DNA of 64,000 nucleotides from contig NC_042999.1 of assembly GCF_006345805.1 (NCBI RefSeq), positions 123,256,001 through 123,320,000 on the forward strand, in the 5' to 3' direction. Numbering within the stretch: the first letter of the stretch is position 1; each line of letters opens with the position of its first letter. This document shows, in pieces, positions 53,467 through 64,000 of this stretch. This DNA comes from Octopus sinensis. Taxonomy: Eukaryota. The notes under the pieces were generated by a model that saw nothing but the letters and a program-made list of their open reading frames with translations, searched no databases and was not told where the DNA came from. The position numbers and the translations under genes were made by a program.

Positions 53467-54021
53467 TGTCAGGTCACTTTCGAGTGCTACTGGTAACACG
53501 TAAACCAGTACAACCTGTTGCATGGTCGGGTCGTTGGCGACTAAACCAGCAACCCCACCAAGCTTGCTTGGTGAGGAGGGTATTTATTGGACACCTTGCG
53601 GGATGAAAAACAAAACCCGTGAAAGGCCGGAGGAACTCTTGAGAGTCAACGGCCATCCAATAAATGTCTTTGGGCTGTATCATGCACGGGGACATAGAAA
53701 TGATCGGACTGAATACCCAATCATGTGATTAAACCATTGGGAGTGAAGGACTCCTTGCCTTTCTTAGGGCATCCTTCTAGGAGAAGGTAACTCAGGTAAC
53801 TGGGATAACTCCAGCATAAAACCTGCGGCTCAGTGGTTACCGATGATGTTGACTTGTTCTTCTTTTCGAATTATGGCTGCTGTTGCTTAGTGAGTGGGAT
53901 TGACTCAGTGCACAGCCTTTCCTCACTTTAAAAAAAATCTTCTTGCACAGGCATTGCATGATAACAACATTGATTAAGCTTCGTGCAATGGCCATACTCG
54001 ATAACGAGGGGGCAGCCACCA
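53467..54021 (+). mobile_element. CpG-rich 555-bp structured repeat inserted in a TA microsatellite (RTE-type 5'UTR fragment or solo LTR)
   Basis: Sharp composition change, TG...CA ends, internal AATAAA and several short hairpins. The gggcatccttctaggagaaggtaactc and cagcaacccca motifs recall RTE-like 5'UTRs. Confidence 0.5.
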
Positions 54022-54061
54022 TATGTAGATTCATATGTATGTATGATTGTGTATGCATATA

Positions 54062-54125
<64 letters not shown>

Positions 54126-55379
54126 TATACATATATTTATTTATTAACAATATTAATAATATAAATTACTACAAAGTTGCATAGCATTACCTTTAAATTC
54201 ATTAATTTATATACTGCCTTACATAGACCTACACATGTTTCAATTTCACCGATTAGTAACTGTTGCAATTAGTGCATTTTCTTCATGGTCTTTACTTAAT
54301 ATCCTTCAATTTGGCCATTTAAAGATTTTCTTTTATCTAATCTACATTGTATAATGTAGAGCTGTCCATTAAGTTAGACTCAAACAGTCTCCATCTGAAG
54401 TTTTTATTGGATAATTATTTTTAGCCCATTACTTCAAAACGTTCTATTGTTTAAATGAGTAATTATTACTTCTGAGTTTCAGCTAGCTAGGAAACGTATG
54501 TAGCCTGGATTTTACTTGTTCCATTCCCTCAATTTGGATATTTATTCATAGCAACCCTATTTGCTCACGGGAAACTATAAAATAACATTTTTGAGCTTTA
54601 TTGAACTTTGATATGAGAAAAACCTACACCCTTCAATGCCAATAAACTATTATTGTTCCTGAAAGTTGCTTTTTATACTTATTATGATTTGCTCAAAGCT
54701 TACTAACTTCTTACACCTAGGTGTGTAATAAGATACATATCCTATCTTCTTTACAATTCTGTGATTAAAAAGGTTCCTTTTCAACCTACTCTAGAATAAT
54801 TATAATAATTCAAGGCTTATTGTACTCTTAAAATATTCTCATAGTATTTGCCTATATTTTTTAATCTGATACATTCAAGTGTCCAATATCATAATAAATT
54901 AATTAAATACAAGGAATTAGTTTAAAAACCTGGCATTGCAGTACATTTCTCATATAAAATTCAAATTTTGCATCTACTAATTTGCTCAATTTATACACAG
55001 TTATATAAATGAGATGAAACAAAAATTTGTAAAAGGTTTGTTAGTCAAAACTGTCATTAGTCAGTATTAAGAATACTCACATAATGGAATTGTTACAGCA
55101 ATTTTAAATAAAATAATCAATACAAATTTTGCATATTGGTATTCTGCATACAAATTTGGAGTCAGAGAACATATGTGTGTGTGTTATGAATGTATGTCTA
55201 ATTCCTCTGATGCCACTAATTTCAGTGGAAGTGTCAATACTTAATTTTATTTCATTACTTCTCTCTTACTGTATGTATTTATATCTTAATCTTTATCTTT
55301 TACTGATTTTAGCCAAAAGCTGGGTCCATGCTGGGGCACCACTTTTCAGTGTGTTGGTTGTTTCTTTTTTGTACTGTTT

Positions 55380-56260
55380 TTTTTTTTTTATATAATAACA
55401 AGTTAGATGGAGCTGCTCTTCTTTGTGCTTCCTGCTTTGATGTGGGCTCATCTGGGATTTTAGATAGAAATTTGTCCACACGCTCTTGGAAGACGTCCAC
55501 ATCTACACCCTGCATATGTCTGAGGCTGTTTGGCAGGATGTTAAATAGTTGTAGACCCTTAAAACTCAAGCTGTTGCAGTACTGGGTCCTTATATTACAT
55601 AAAAAAAAAGTGTGATCTTTAGTATCATGCAGTGCCATCCAGTTCAGTGATTAGTGGTTGGCATACCTTTCATTTCCAAAGCTGGGAACCAGACCTTCAG
55701 GTTCTTCCATATGTATATCACTGCATATCTTTCACTCCTCTCTAGTTTCAGTTTTTAGAGCCTCTCCTTGTAGCTCATCTGTTTCATTGAGTCATTGTTC
55801 TTTGTGTAGTGGTGCTGGATTGCCTCAAGTTCTGCCATTAGTTTGATTGATGTTCTGTGGCAACCACAGTTAGAAGCAATAATCCAGGCAACTGAGAATA
55901 AAAGTTTCCCATAGGAAATACATGGTATCCTTTTTTTCTGGTTCTGAATGATCACAGAATCCATTCAGCTACATACCCATACCTTGTTGCCATCTTGGTA
56001 GTATGCACATGGAACTGTTTCATCATTACTCATGTGGATTCCCAGGTCATGCACTGATACAAACTCTGGGATTGCACTATCCCTAAGTCCTGTGTATTAT
56101 AACTGTAGTTTGTCTGTGTGCCAATCGTGGAGTACTTGAAACTTCTCAGCACTGAACTGCATGCTATTTTCATCAACCCATTTGTAAGATTCTAGATTCA
56201 TCTTGAGAAAACTACTTTTTATAATAGTTTGCTAATCAAGGAACTGTTTCATCATTTAGT
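55380..56260 (-). mobile_element. CR1-clade LINE 3' end
   Basis: Minus-strand MKQMSYKERL... and RTQYCNSLSFKGLQLFNILPNSLRHMQGVDVDVFQERVDKFLSKIPDEP...RAAPSNLL, followed by an A-rich tail. Confidence 0.85.
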
Positions 56261-57958
56261 GTCTGCTTTCTGTGGTGGCAAGGGTTAGATGGTTTGACTA
56301 AAATTGAAGAGATGCATCAGGTTCCAATCTGATTTGGCACAGTTTCTTATAGTTGGATGTCCTCCTAATACCAACCACTCCAAGAGTGTAATGGATGCTT
56401 TTCATGATCCACCAGCATGGGTGCCAGTTATGTGACACTGGCGAATTACAGTATATAGTGGGTAGTTACCTAAAGTGTCTGCTTATAAGCTCCAGTCACA
56501 AAATATAATTTACTACCATTTAGTATTTATCAGAAATAATAATATTACTTTTAGATATTGTTATGTTGGTAGTAGATTCTTTCTTAAGTTATCTCTGTGA
56601 ATGTTCCCATCTAATAGTTCACTAGCTTATTTTGAGGTAAAGCAAATAAATATTAGACTAATCCCCTGTCTAACTACTTGTTAAAAGACAAGTGATCATT
56701 GTACTATTGTCAGAGGATAAGGTTTATAATCTCCACTACTTAAACCCACTCTTGGGTTTTTGTTCGTTTTTTTTTTAATATTTTGTTTCATTTGCTCTCT
56801 TCTATTCTTGTCAACTTTTTAGCTTTCTATTTTCATTTATTTACTCTGCTCTGTTAACTTCTTCCCTACTAAATTCAGTTCCAAACACTTAGAATGATTT
56901 AAATATTAACTTCTATGAGTGTATTTTTCATCTCACTTTTCCTGCATTCCACTCTAATTTTTTCCCTTTATGTCTTTTTTTATTTTTTAAAGCCTTCTCT
57001 ATATTTGTGCAAATGTTGATTTTTCTATTCAAAACTGTGACACCTTCCTGATTATTGTATACAGTCCCCAGCAAACAATTGAGTACATTGTATTGTATAA
57101 AAGGCTAAACACTAGGTGGAATTAAGCTTACAATCTCTTTTTCAGTCCACTACTTTTTGTTACTGAAGGACATAAACTTCCTCAATGTCCATATACTTCA
57201 GTAATATTGATATTTTAACCATTTGTTTGCTTGTATGTTTATTTTACTTTTAATGCCCATGCAGTATTTGATAAATCATTTGTTTTGTTCACATTCTAGT
57301 CATCTCTGATATCCTACAGTATTACGTTTTTCCATAAATAAGTAGAAAAAAATCTAATAGACTTTTGTTATAGCCTAGCACATACTCTGGCTTTGTCAGT
57401 AACTCGATGGAGAAGTATCATACTTTTCTCCGTCATTTATAATAAAAGTTGGAGGATTTTTAATTAAACCGACTGAATATTTTACTTTGTATGTTACCAG
57501 TGGTTGGTTCTATATCATTTAAATATACTGCAGAACATCAGAAATGATGTTGATTGATTATTGATTACAAATCATTTTGAATGCCTCAGAAGAGAAAGTT
57601 CTTGAATAAAATTACCTTACATATAAAATTTGTACTGAAAAACAAAACAGGAATATCATTTATTATGAAAATTTCCATCTTATTTTTACTGCAGTATCAA
57701 ATTATATTCAAGAAATTTTTTTTAATTTTTTTTTTTTTTTTACCTAATGATCAATATGTTGATAATTTTTCTTGGGTCTATTTTTGACTGTTTGCACATC
57801 TAAATGCCTGATATTTTCCCTTCTTATTCCCTCCATTCCACCCAACCAAAACAAAAGAAAATGCAATTGAAGCAATATGATCATATTAACAAAAAATCTA
57901 CATCAGAAATAATATTTAGAAATATGTTCTACATTTGTAATTCCCTTTTTTCTTTCAG

Positions 57959-58033
57959 TTTGTCGAACATCTTGTCCACGTGGATACTATATGGTTAAAC
58001 CTTGTACGACTAAAAAGGATGTTGTATGTAAAG
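57959..58033 (+). CDS. Exon D: TNFR-like cysteine-rich module LCRTSCPRGYYMVKPCTTKKDVVCK
   Basis: Acceptor ccttttttctttcag| and donor AAG|gtaagg. 75 nt, phase 1-1. Pattern C-x3-C-x2-G-x-Y-x4-C-x4-D-x2-C resembles TNFR/NGFR repeats. Confidence 0.88.
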
Positions 58034-59170
58034 GTAAGGTATTCAATTGCAGTGAACACACTTGTGCTATTAGATTTTTACTACTTCATCAATAAAATCA
58101 ATATAAGCTATGACATAGCTATAAATCATTCTTCACAGGAATCATTATGAAAGTGAACGTTGCTTACATCACCCACAAAGAGATACTGTCTTTAAACCAC
58201 AAAACCAAAAAATGTTTCTTATGACTACAAACACACTTTTAATTGTGGTAGAGAAACTAAAGTTAGCTCTTTAAAAAAACCTCTAGATGTATTAATCGCC
58301 ATAGCAATGTTTTTGTTTAAAATGCTCATGTGTTACAGAAAGAAAACAAAAGATGAAAGACAAAATGTATAAACTCTATCAGCAACAATTTCAAAGCATT
58401 TCAAGTTGTACTGAAAAGTAGGACTGTCGACTTTAAGAATTGTTGCATATATTTCTCCTTTTCTACTGAGTGGATATCAATATCTTAACACTGTTTCCTG
58501 GAAATAACAGCATATGCTTTTCCAGCCTTAATATCTATGCATAAGTATACATCAATCAAGTTATCTATCTATGTGAACTGCCTCTGTAAGTGTGTGTGTG
58601 TGTGTGTGTGCATGTTAAGAAAAAGATAGGGAATGTAAACACACGCACACATATCTGTACACACAAGATGCAAGAAAGTGACTAAAGAAAGGATAGGAAC
58701 AATGAATATGACAGCAGACCTTTCAATTTGGCATTCCAAAAGGCCATAATTTACAGGAGTGTTCCTCATAGGTAGGCCTTCCAGCTTCATTTATTTTTTA
58801 ATGAATGCTTTCGTAATGTTATCAGTTAATCGGTATGGCATGGACTGTGATGAGAAGGTAAAGTTTAGAGCAGTGGATGTTAAAACTGATTTGAGCACTA
58901 GTGCTCAAAATAGTGATAGTGTTAATATCACACAGTTGGGTCCCTCATCATAAATGTCTTCCATACACAGTTACTGAGCTTTCAGAAAATTATTGACAGT
59001 CTATGAACATGCTTAGACAAAATATGTATTTACTAACAAAGCTACACGACACATGAAAATGTTCAGAATTTTTAATTAGTCCTGTATATATATATTGTCA
59101 TTTGTCTGGACCTCTAATAGGAAGTGCCTCGAGTGAAAATAATGTGACATGATTACAGACAGGCAATGTA

Positions 59171-59204
<34 letters not shown>

Positions 59205-59206
<2 letters not shown>

Positions 59207-59540
59207 CGCAGGAGTGGCTGTGGGTTCAGTCCCACTGCGTGGCACCTTGGGCAAGTGTCTTCTACTATAGCCTCGGGCCGACCAAAGCTTTGTGAGTGGA
59301 TTTGGGGGACGTCGTGTATATATATATATACGTGTGTGTTTGTGTGTCTGTGTTTGTCCCCTAGCATTGCTTGACAGCCGATGCTGGTGTGTTTATGTCC
59401 CAGTCGCTTAGCGGTTCGGCAAAAGAGACCGATAGAATAAGTACTGGGCTTACAAAAGAATAAGTCCCGGGGTTGAGTTGCTCGATTAAAGGCGGTGCTC
59501 CAGCATGGCCGCAGTCAAATGACTGAAACAAGTAAAAGAG
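59205..59540 (+). mobile_element. Young family-A SINE with head deletion
   Basis: CpG-retaining copy close to consensus. Confidence 0.9.
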
Positions 59541-59896
59541 TATATATATATATATATCTTATGTATAATAAAATACAATGTGTGTCCTGTTGGCCATGCT
59601 GGTAGGAGGCTAAAACAACAAACCAAGTGGGAGTGAATGAGTAACTGAACTGCCAGTTCGAGAGAAATTTGATTTCATTCAGCATTTGTTGTAGTTGGGG
59701 ATAATTTCAATAAATCATAAATTCAGTTTATATGCTAATATACCTTTTTATAATTTTTTGTCCTAATTCATGGCACATGACCATTTTTGAGCCATTTTCG
59801 CTTGGTTCATTTTTGTCATCTGTGAATGTCTGTACATGCAAACACGCAAACATGCACATATATCATATAGATATATGTATAGCATGCATACACATA

Positions 59897-59938
<42 letters not shown>

Positions 59939-60550
59939 TATTTGTGTTATTTATATATATATAAGTATATATGTTTATATAGATACATACAATGGGTGAT
60001 AAAATACTAGTTTAATTGTTATATAGGTAGTCACCAAGTGGAGCTACAGAGATCAGAATCATAAACTTCAGCTTGTTCACCAGGGTGAATTAGAGCAGAG
60101 GTAGAAAAGTCAGCTAGAAGAGCAATCAGAATGAAGCTGGTTTGTAAGTAGAAAGACAGACAGACATTAAACAGGTATAAGGAATATACTTATATGCAAG
60201 TTACATATACAATTTACATGATGTAATCAGTACATCTCTTTACTGCTGGTTTGGATGGTTGATGACTGGTTGGTATAACAATGCATCTTATGTAAGCAGG
60301 TGCAATACGGAGGCAACATTGTACATATGCATAATAAAAGCTAAGTGAAGTATCAGCTAGTATGGATTTTGATAGCTCAATGCAGCAGAATCACTGCATT
60401 CCCTTGAAGATGAAAGGAATAGATGTGTGTGTATATATATGTATTTATACACATGCACATATATATATGTACACACATACAAGCATAGTTCGACAGACTC
60501 CAAAGAGGTTGGTGTTTGTCTGCATTGGCAATACTTGTGTAGTTAAATTG

Positions 60551-60810
60551 ATAAAAAGAGTAGAGTGAGTTTGCTGTAAGGAGTGGAAAAATCAACATTT
60601 CATACCATGTCCCTCTTCAGGAAAACTTGAAAGGAAAGAAATAATTTAGAGACAACAGGGATTTACATCCTCTAAGTTAAAAAAAAAAAGAATTTAGAAC
60701 TCTGCTCTAACTCATTTATTTCTCTCCTTTCAACTTTTCCCTGCAGTAGGGCACTGTCTGAAACACTGGATTTTCCAATCCACACAGTAAGTTCACTGTA
60801 CTCTTTTTAT
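60551..60810. repeat. Imperfect fold-back: arms of about 95 bp (60551-60645 and 60715-60810) with a spacer of about 70 bp
   Basis: The reverse complement of the left arm aligns to the right arm along its whole length, e.g. ttttccactccttacagcaaactcactctactctttttat vs ttttccaatccacacagtaagttcactgtactctttttat. Confidence 0.85.
60747..60786 (+). other. Candidate 40-nt frameshifting (poison) cassette exon in the intron between exons D and E
   Basis: Acceptor tttctctcctttcaacttttccctgcag| and donor ACA|gtaagt. Inclusion gives VGHCLKHWIFQSTHL* with the stop early in exon E. Confidence 0.3.
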
Positions 60811-61029
60811 TGATTTTACTACTAAATATATAAGCAACATACATGTGTGTATTACATGTGTGTACATATATATACATACACACACAAACACTCACAAATA
60901 TATTATACACAGAATTCTGATGAGCTGACATTCAATTGTATCAATACAATGATACACCCTGAGACTATAGTTGCATATGTTATATAATAATATAGAAATA
61001 TTCTTGAGTTCAAATATGAGTGACACAAT

Positions 61030-61333
61030 TTATTCTTTTATTTGTTTGTCGATTGACTGCGGTCATGCTGGAGCATCACCTTTTAGTTGAAGAAATCAAT
61101 CCCAGGACTTATTCTTTGTAAGCCTGGTACTTATTCTATCAGTCTCTTTTGCCGAACTGCTAAGTTGCAGGGACGTAAATGTACCTACATCAGTTGTCAA
61201 GTGATGGTGGGGGGACAAAGACACACACATAAATATATACATATATATATACATATAAATATATATATACAAGCTTCTTTCAGTTTCGTTTGGTTAAGAA
61301 GTAAGCTTCTTACCATGCAGCCATGCCTGTACC
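61030..61333 (-). mobile_element. Family-A SINE, antisense, internally deleted
   Basis: Reverse complement of the family-A 3' module and head. Confidence 0.85.
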
Positions 61334-61461
61334 TGTAAATTAATGTAATAATTCAATTTTCTCATTATTTTATGATATATATATATATGTATGTGTATAT
61401 AGGTGTGTCTGTATATATGTTTATGTATGCATTTGTCTGTATACATGTGAATATAATATAT

Positions 61462-62090
61462 GTGTAGGTGTAGCTGTGTGGTAAGAAGCTTGCTTCCCAT
61501 CCAAGTGGTTCCAGGCTCAGTCCCACTGCATGGTACCTTGGGCAAGTGTTTTCTACTATAGCCTGCCAACCAAAGCCTTGTAAATGGATTTGATAGATGG
61601 AAACTGTCGTCTGGCACCTGTGTCGGTGGCACATAAAATCACCCACTACACTCTCGGAGTGGTTGGCGTTAGGAAGGGCATCCAGCTGTAGAAACACTGC
61701 CAGATCTGACTGGCCTGGTGCAGCCTTCGGGCTCACCAGACCCCAGTTGAACCGTCCAACCCATGCTAGCATGGAAAGCGGACGTTAAACGATGATGATG
61801 ATGATGATGATATATATAATAATAATAATAATAATATGAGGGAATATTATTCCAAACTCATATACATATATATATATGTATATATTTGTGTGTCTGTGTA
61901 TGTACCCACCACCATCAACTGATACTAGTTTGTTTACATACCTGAATCTTAGTGGTTCAGTAGAAGAGACCAATAAAATAAGTACTAGACTTACAAAGAA
62001 TAAGACCTGGGGTCAATTTGTTTTACTAAAACTGCTTAAGGTGGTGCTCCAGCATGGTCGCAGTCAAACAACAGAAACAAGTAAAAAAAA
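61462..62090 (+). mobile_element. Family-A SINE split by a (GAT)n-tailed family-C SINE (61610-61810). Other C copies: ~14780-14900(-), 15340-15540(+), 17185-17310(+), 19155-19300(-), 24260-24375(-), 27295-27500(-), 32025-32300(-), 52190-52420(+), 56265-56450(-)
   Basis: C consensus gagtggttggcgttaggaagggcatccagctgtagaaac...catgctagcatggaaagcggacgttaaac(gat)n. Confidence 0.85.
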
Positions 62091-62369
62091 AGAATGTGTG
62101 TGTGTATGCACAAAAGTGGAGGTATGACTGTAATTAAGATTTTGCTTTGCAACCTATTCGTTTTCGGTTCAGTCAAAAGCTTATCATATATCTACTGTGT
62201 GTGTGTGTGTGGATAGACTGACAGACAGTCAGATATGTAGCTGCATGCATATGTTTGTTTATACATCATTTTCCTGATTCTGAAAATATGAAACTCAGAC
62301 AAGCTTGTATAGCATGCCACATATTTCTAATCAATGATTCAGACTCTAGAGCCTGTATATGTATATATA

Positions 62370-62425
<56 letters not shown>

Positions 62426-62427
<2 letters not shown>

Positions 62428-62776
62428 CATAGGAGTAGCTGTGTCGTAAGTAGCTTGCTTACAGACCACATGGTTCCGGGTTTAGTCCCACTGCATGGCA
62501 CCTTGGGCAAGTGCCTTCTACTATAGCCTCGGGCCGCCCAAAGCTTTGTGAGTGGATTTGGGAGACGGAAACTGAAAGAAGCCCATCATATATATGTTTG
62601 TGTGTCTGTGTTTGTCCCCCCAACATCGCTTGACAACCGATGCTGGTGTGTTTACATCCCCGTAATTTAGCGGTTTAGCAAAAGAGACTGATAGAATAAG
62701 TCCTGGGGTCAATTTGCTCGACTGAAGGCGGTGCTGCAGCATGGCCGCAGTCAAATGACTGAAACTAGTAAAAGAG
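62426..62776 (+). mobile_element. Young full-length family-A SINE
   Basis: Near-consensus copy from ggcataggagtagctgtgtcgtaag to gactgaaactagtaaaagag. Confidence 0.9.
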
Positions 62777-62981
62777 TAAATATGCAATTAATGCTGGCTG
62801 CATAGCTGTCAAACAGTTTGGTATTGTATATACTCTAACTCTGAAATATGCATTCTACATATATATAAATGTCATCATTACATTTAGTAAGATCAAGGTT
62901 ATACAAATTCACGTGTATGCTTATCCAGCCCAACATTAATGATAATAATTTGTTATTTAAATTTTTGTTTGTTTTCTTCAG

Positions 62982-63053
62982 CTTGTGATGTATGTAAGGG
63001 GACGGAGTATGAAATCACACCTTGTCGAGCTGCCCAAAACAGAAAATGTATTG
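62982..63053 (+). CDS. Exon E: second TNFR-like cysteine-rich module ACDVCKGTEYEITPCRAAQNRKCI
   Basis: Acceptor ttgttttcttcag| and donor TTG|gtaagt. 72 nt, phase 1-1. Cys spacing C-x2-C-x9-C-x7-C parallels exon D. The gene continues past the window. Confidence 0.88.
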
Positions 63054-64000
63054 GTAAGTTAATTTACTTTTTCAAATTTAGGCAAATATTAAATCAGTTT
63101 GGAAAAACTTAATTTCACTTACCTTTAGGACTTCACTTGATTTATTAATTGTTTATTTTTATTTTTCAGCTTAGCTTAAAAATTGATGCTTACATTGGAA
63201 ACTTAAAATAAATCAGCAAGGAAACCTGTACGCAGTCACTTGACCTGCTAGAGATAGCGACTAAATCTCACCTTACCACCTTAAAAAAAGGAGTATATTA
63301 AATACACTGTTTCTGAAAAGAAGTCAGAGTGGTCATGACTGGAAAGTCTTTGCCAGTGTTCTCCTTAATCTAGAACAAACTTAAACAGCTTTTATTTATT
63401 TTCCTATCAGTTTTTCTCTAGGGCTTAATGACTACAACAAGGACTAAAAACATGAAATGTTAGCATTTTCTATATTCATTTTATTTTACATGTTGCTTAA
63501 CACTTCAAGGGCAAAATTGTTTAGCATAATATTTATCATCATGGTAAAATGCAATGATGTGTATATTGTATGTCAGTGATGACACAACAGGATCTAAAAT
63601 TTCATTGTAATTAATACAAAGACTGTAAATAAGCAATACTGGAAATGACTTCAAGAAATATAAGATTCTAAGGGCCACAGATGAGCTCTTTTATAGTTCT
63701 TAATAATTTTGGTGTCTTTGTAATTTAATTGTTGATGTTTTGTCAATCTATTGGTAGTTAATTGCATCATTCTTCCTTTCTGAGGGTGGTGAGCTGGCAG
63801 AATAATTATCATGCCAGGCAAAACGCTTGTTGGCATGTTATCTATCTTCACATTCTGAGTTCAAATTCTGCTGAGGTTGACTTTGCATTTAATCCTTTTG
63901 GGGTCGATAAAATAAGTATCAGTTGGACACTAGGGGCAATGTAATTGATTTATCCTCATCCTGAAATTGCTGGCCTTGTACCAAAATTTCAAACCATTCT

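Noticed and set aside
63170-63230. Strong acceptor shortly after exon E
   Set aside because: Both nearby AGs give an immediate stop in the required phase.

Overview
AT-rich, microsatellite- and retroposon-dense eukaryotic genomic DNA. The SINE families and simple-repeat landscape look like an octopod cephalopod (recognition only, not database-checked). The main content is the 5' part of a plus-strand multi-exon gene that I assembled by hand from five GT-AG exons: 32813-33158, 37490-37576, 50163-50285, 57959-58033 and 62982-63053. All junctions are phase 1 and in frame, and the gene continues beyond the window. It predicts a type II membrane protein with an N-terminal tail, a signal anchor, an RRVR/S furin-type site, one EGF domain and at least two TNFR-like cysteine-rich modules, which is an unusual orientation for TNFR repeats. 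A probable terminal coding exon of a second, minus-strand gene lies at 2353-2518 and ends in RPEL-stop. The rest is transposon-derived: at least four SINE families, often nested in one another; RLE-type LINE relics (CRE-like, two R4/Dong-like, HERO-like); RTE and CR1/L2 relics; a full-length decayed mariner; a maT derivative; and several MITEs. Notable extras are a fold-back element that contains a frameshifting candidate cassette exon, stacked insertions into (TAA)n tails, inverted SINE pairs in introns, and degenerate Penelope-type hammerhead motifs. Repeat boundaries are by-eye estimates.
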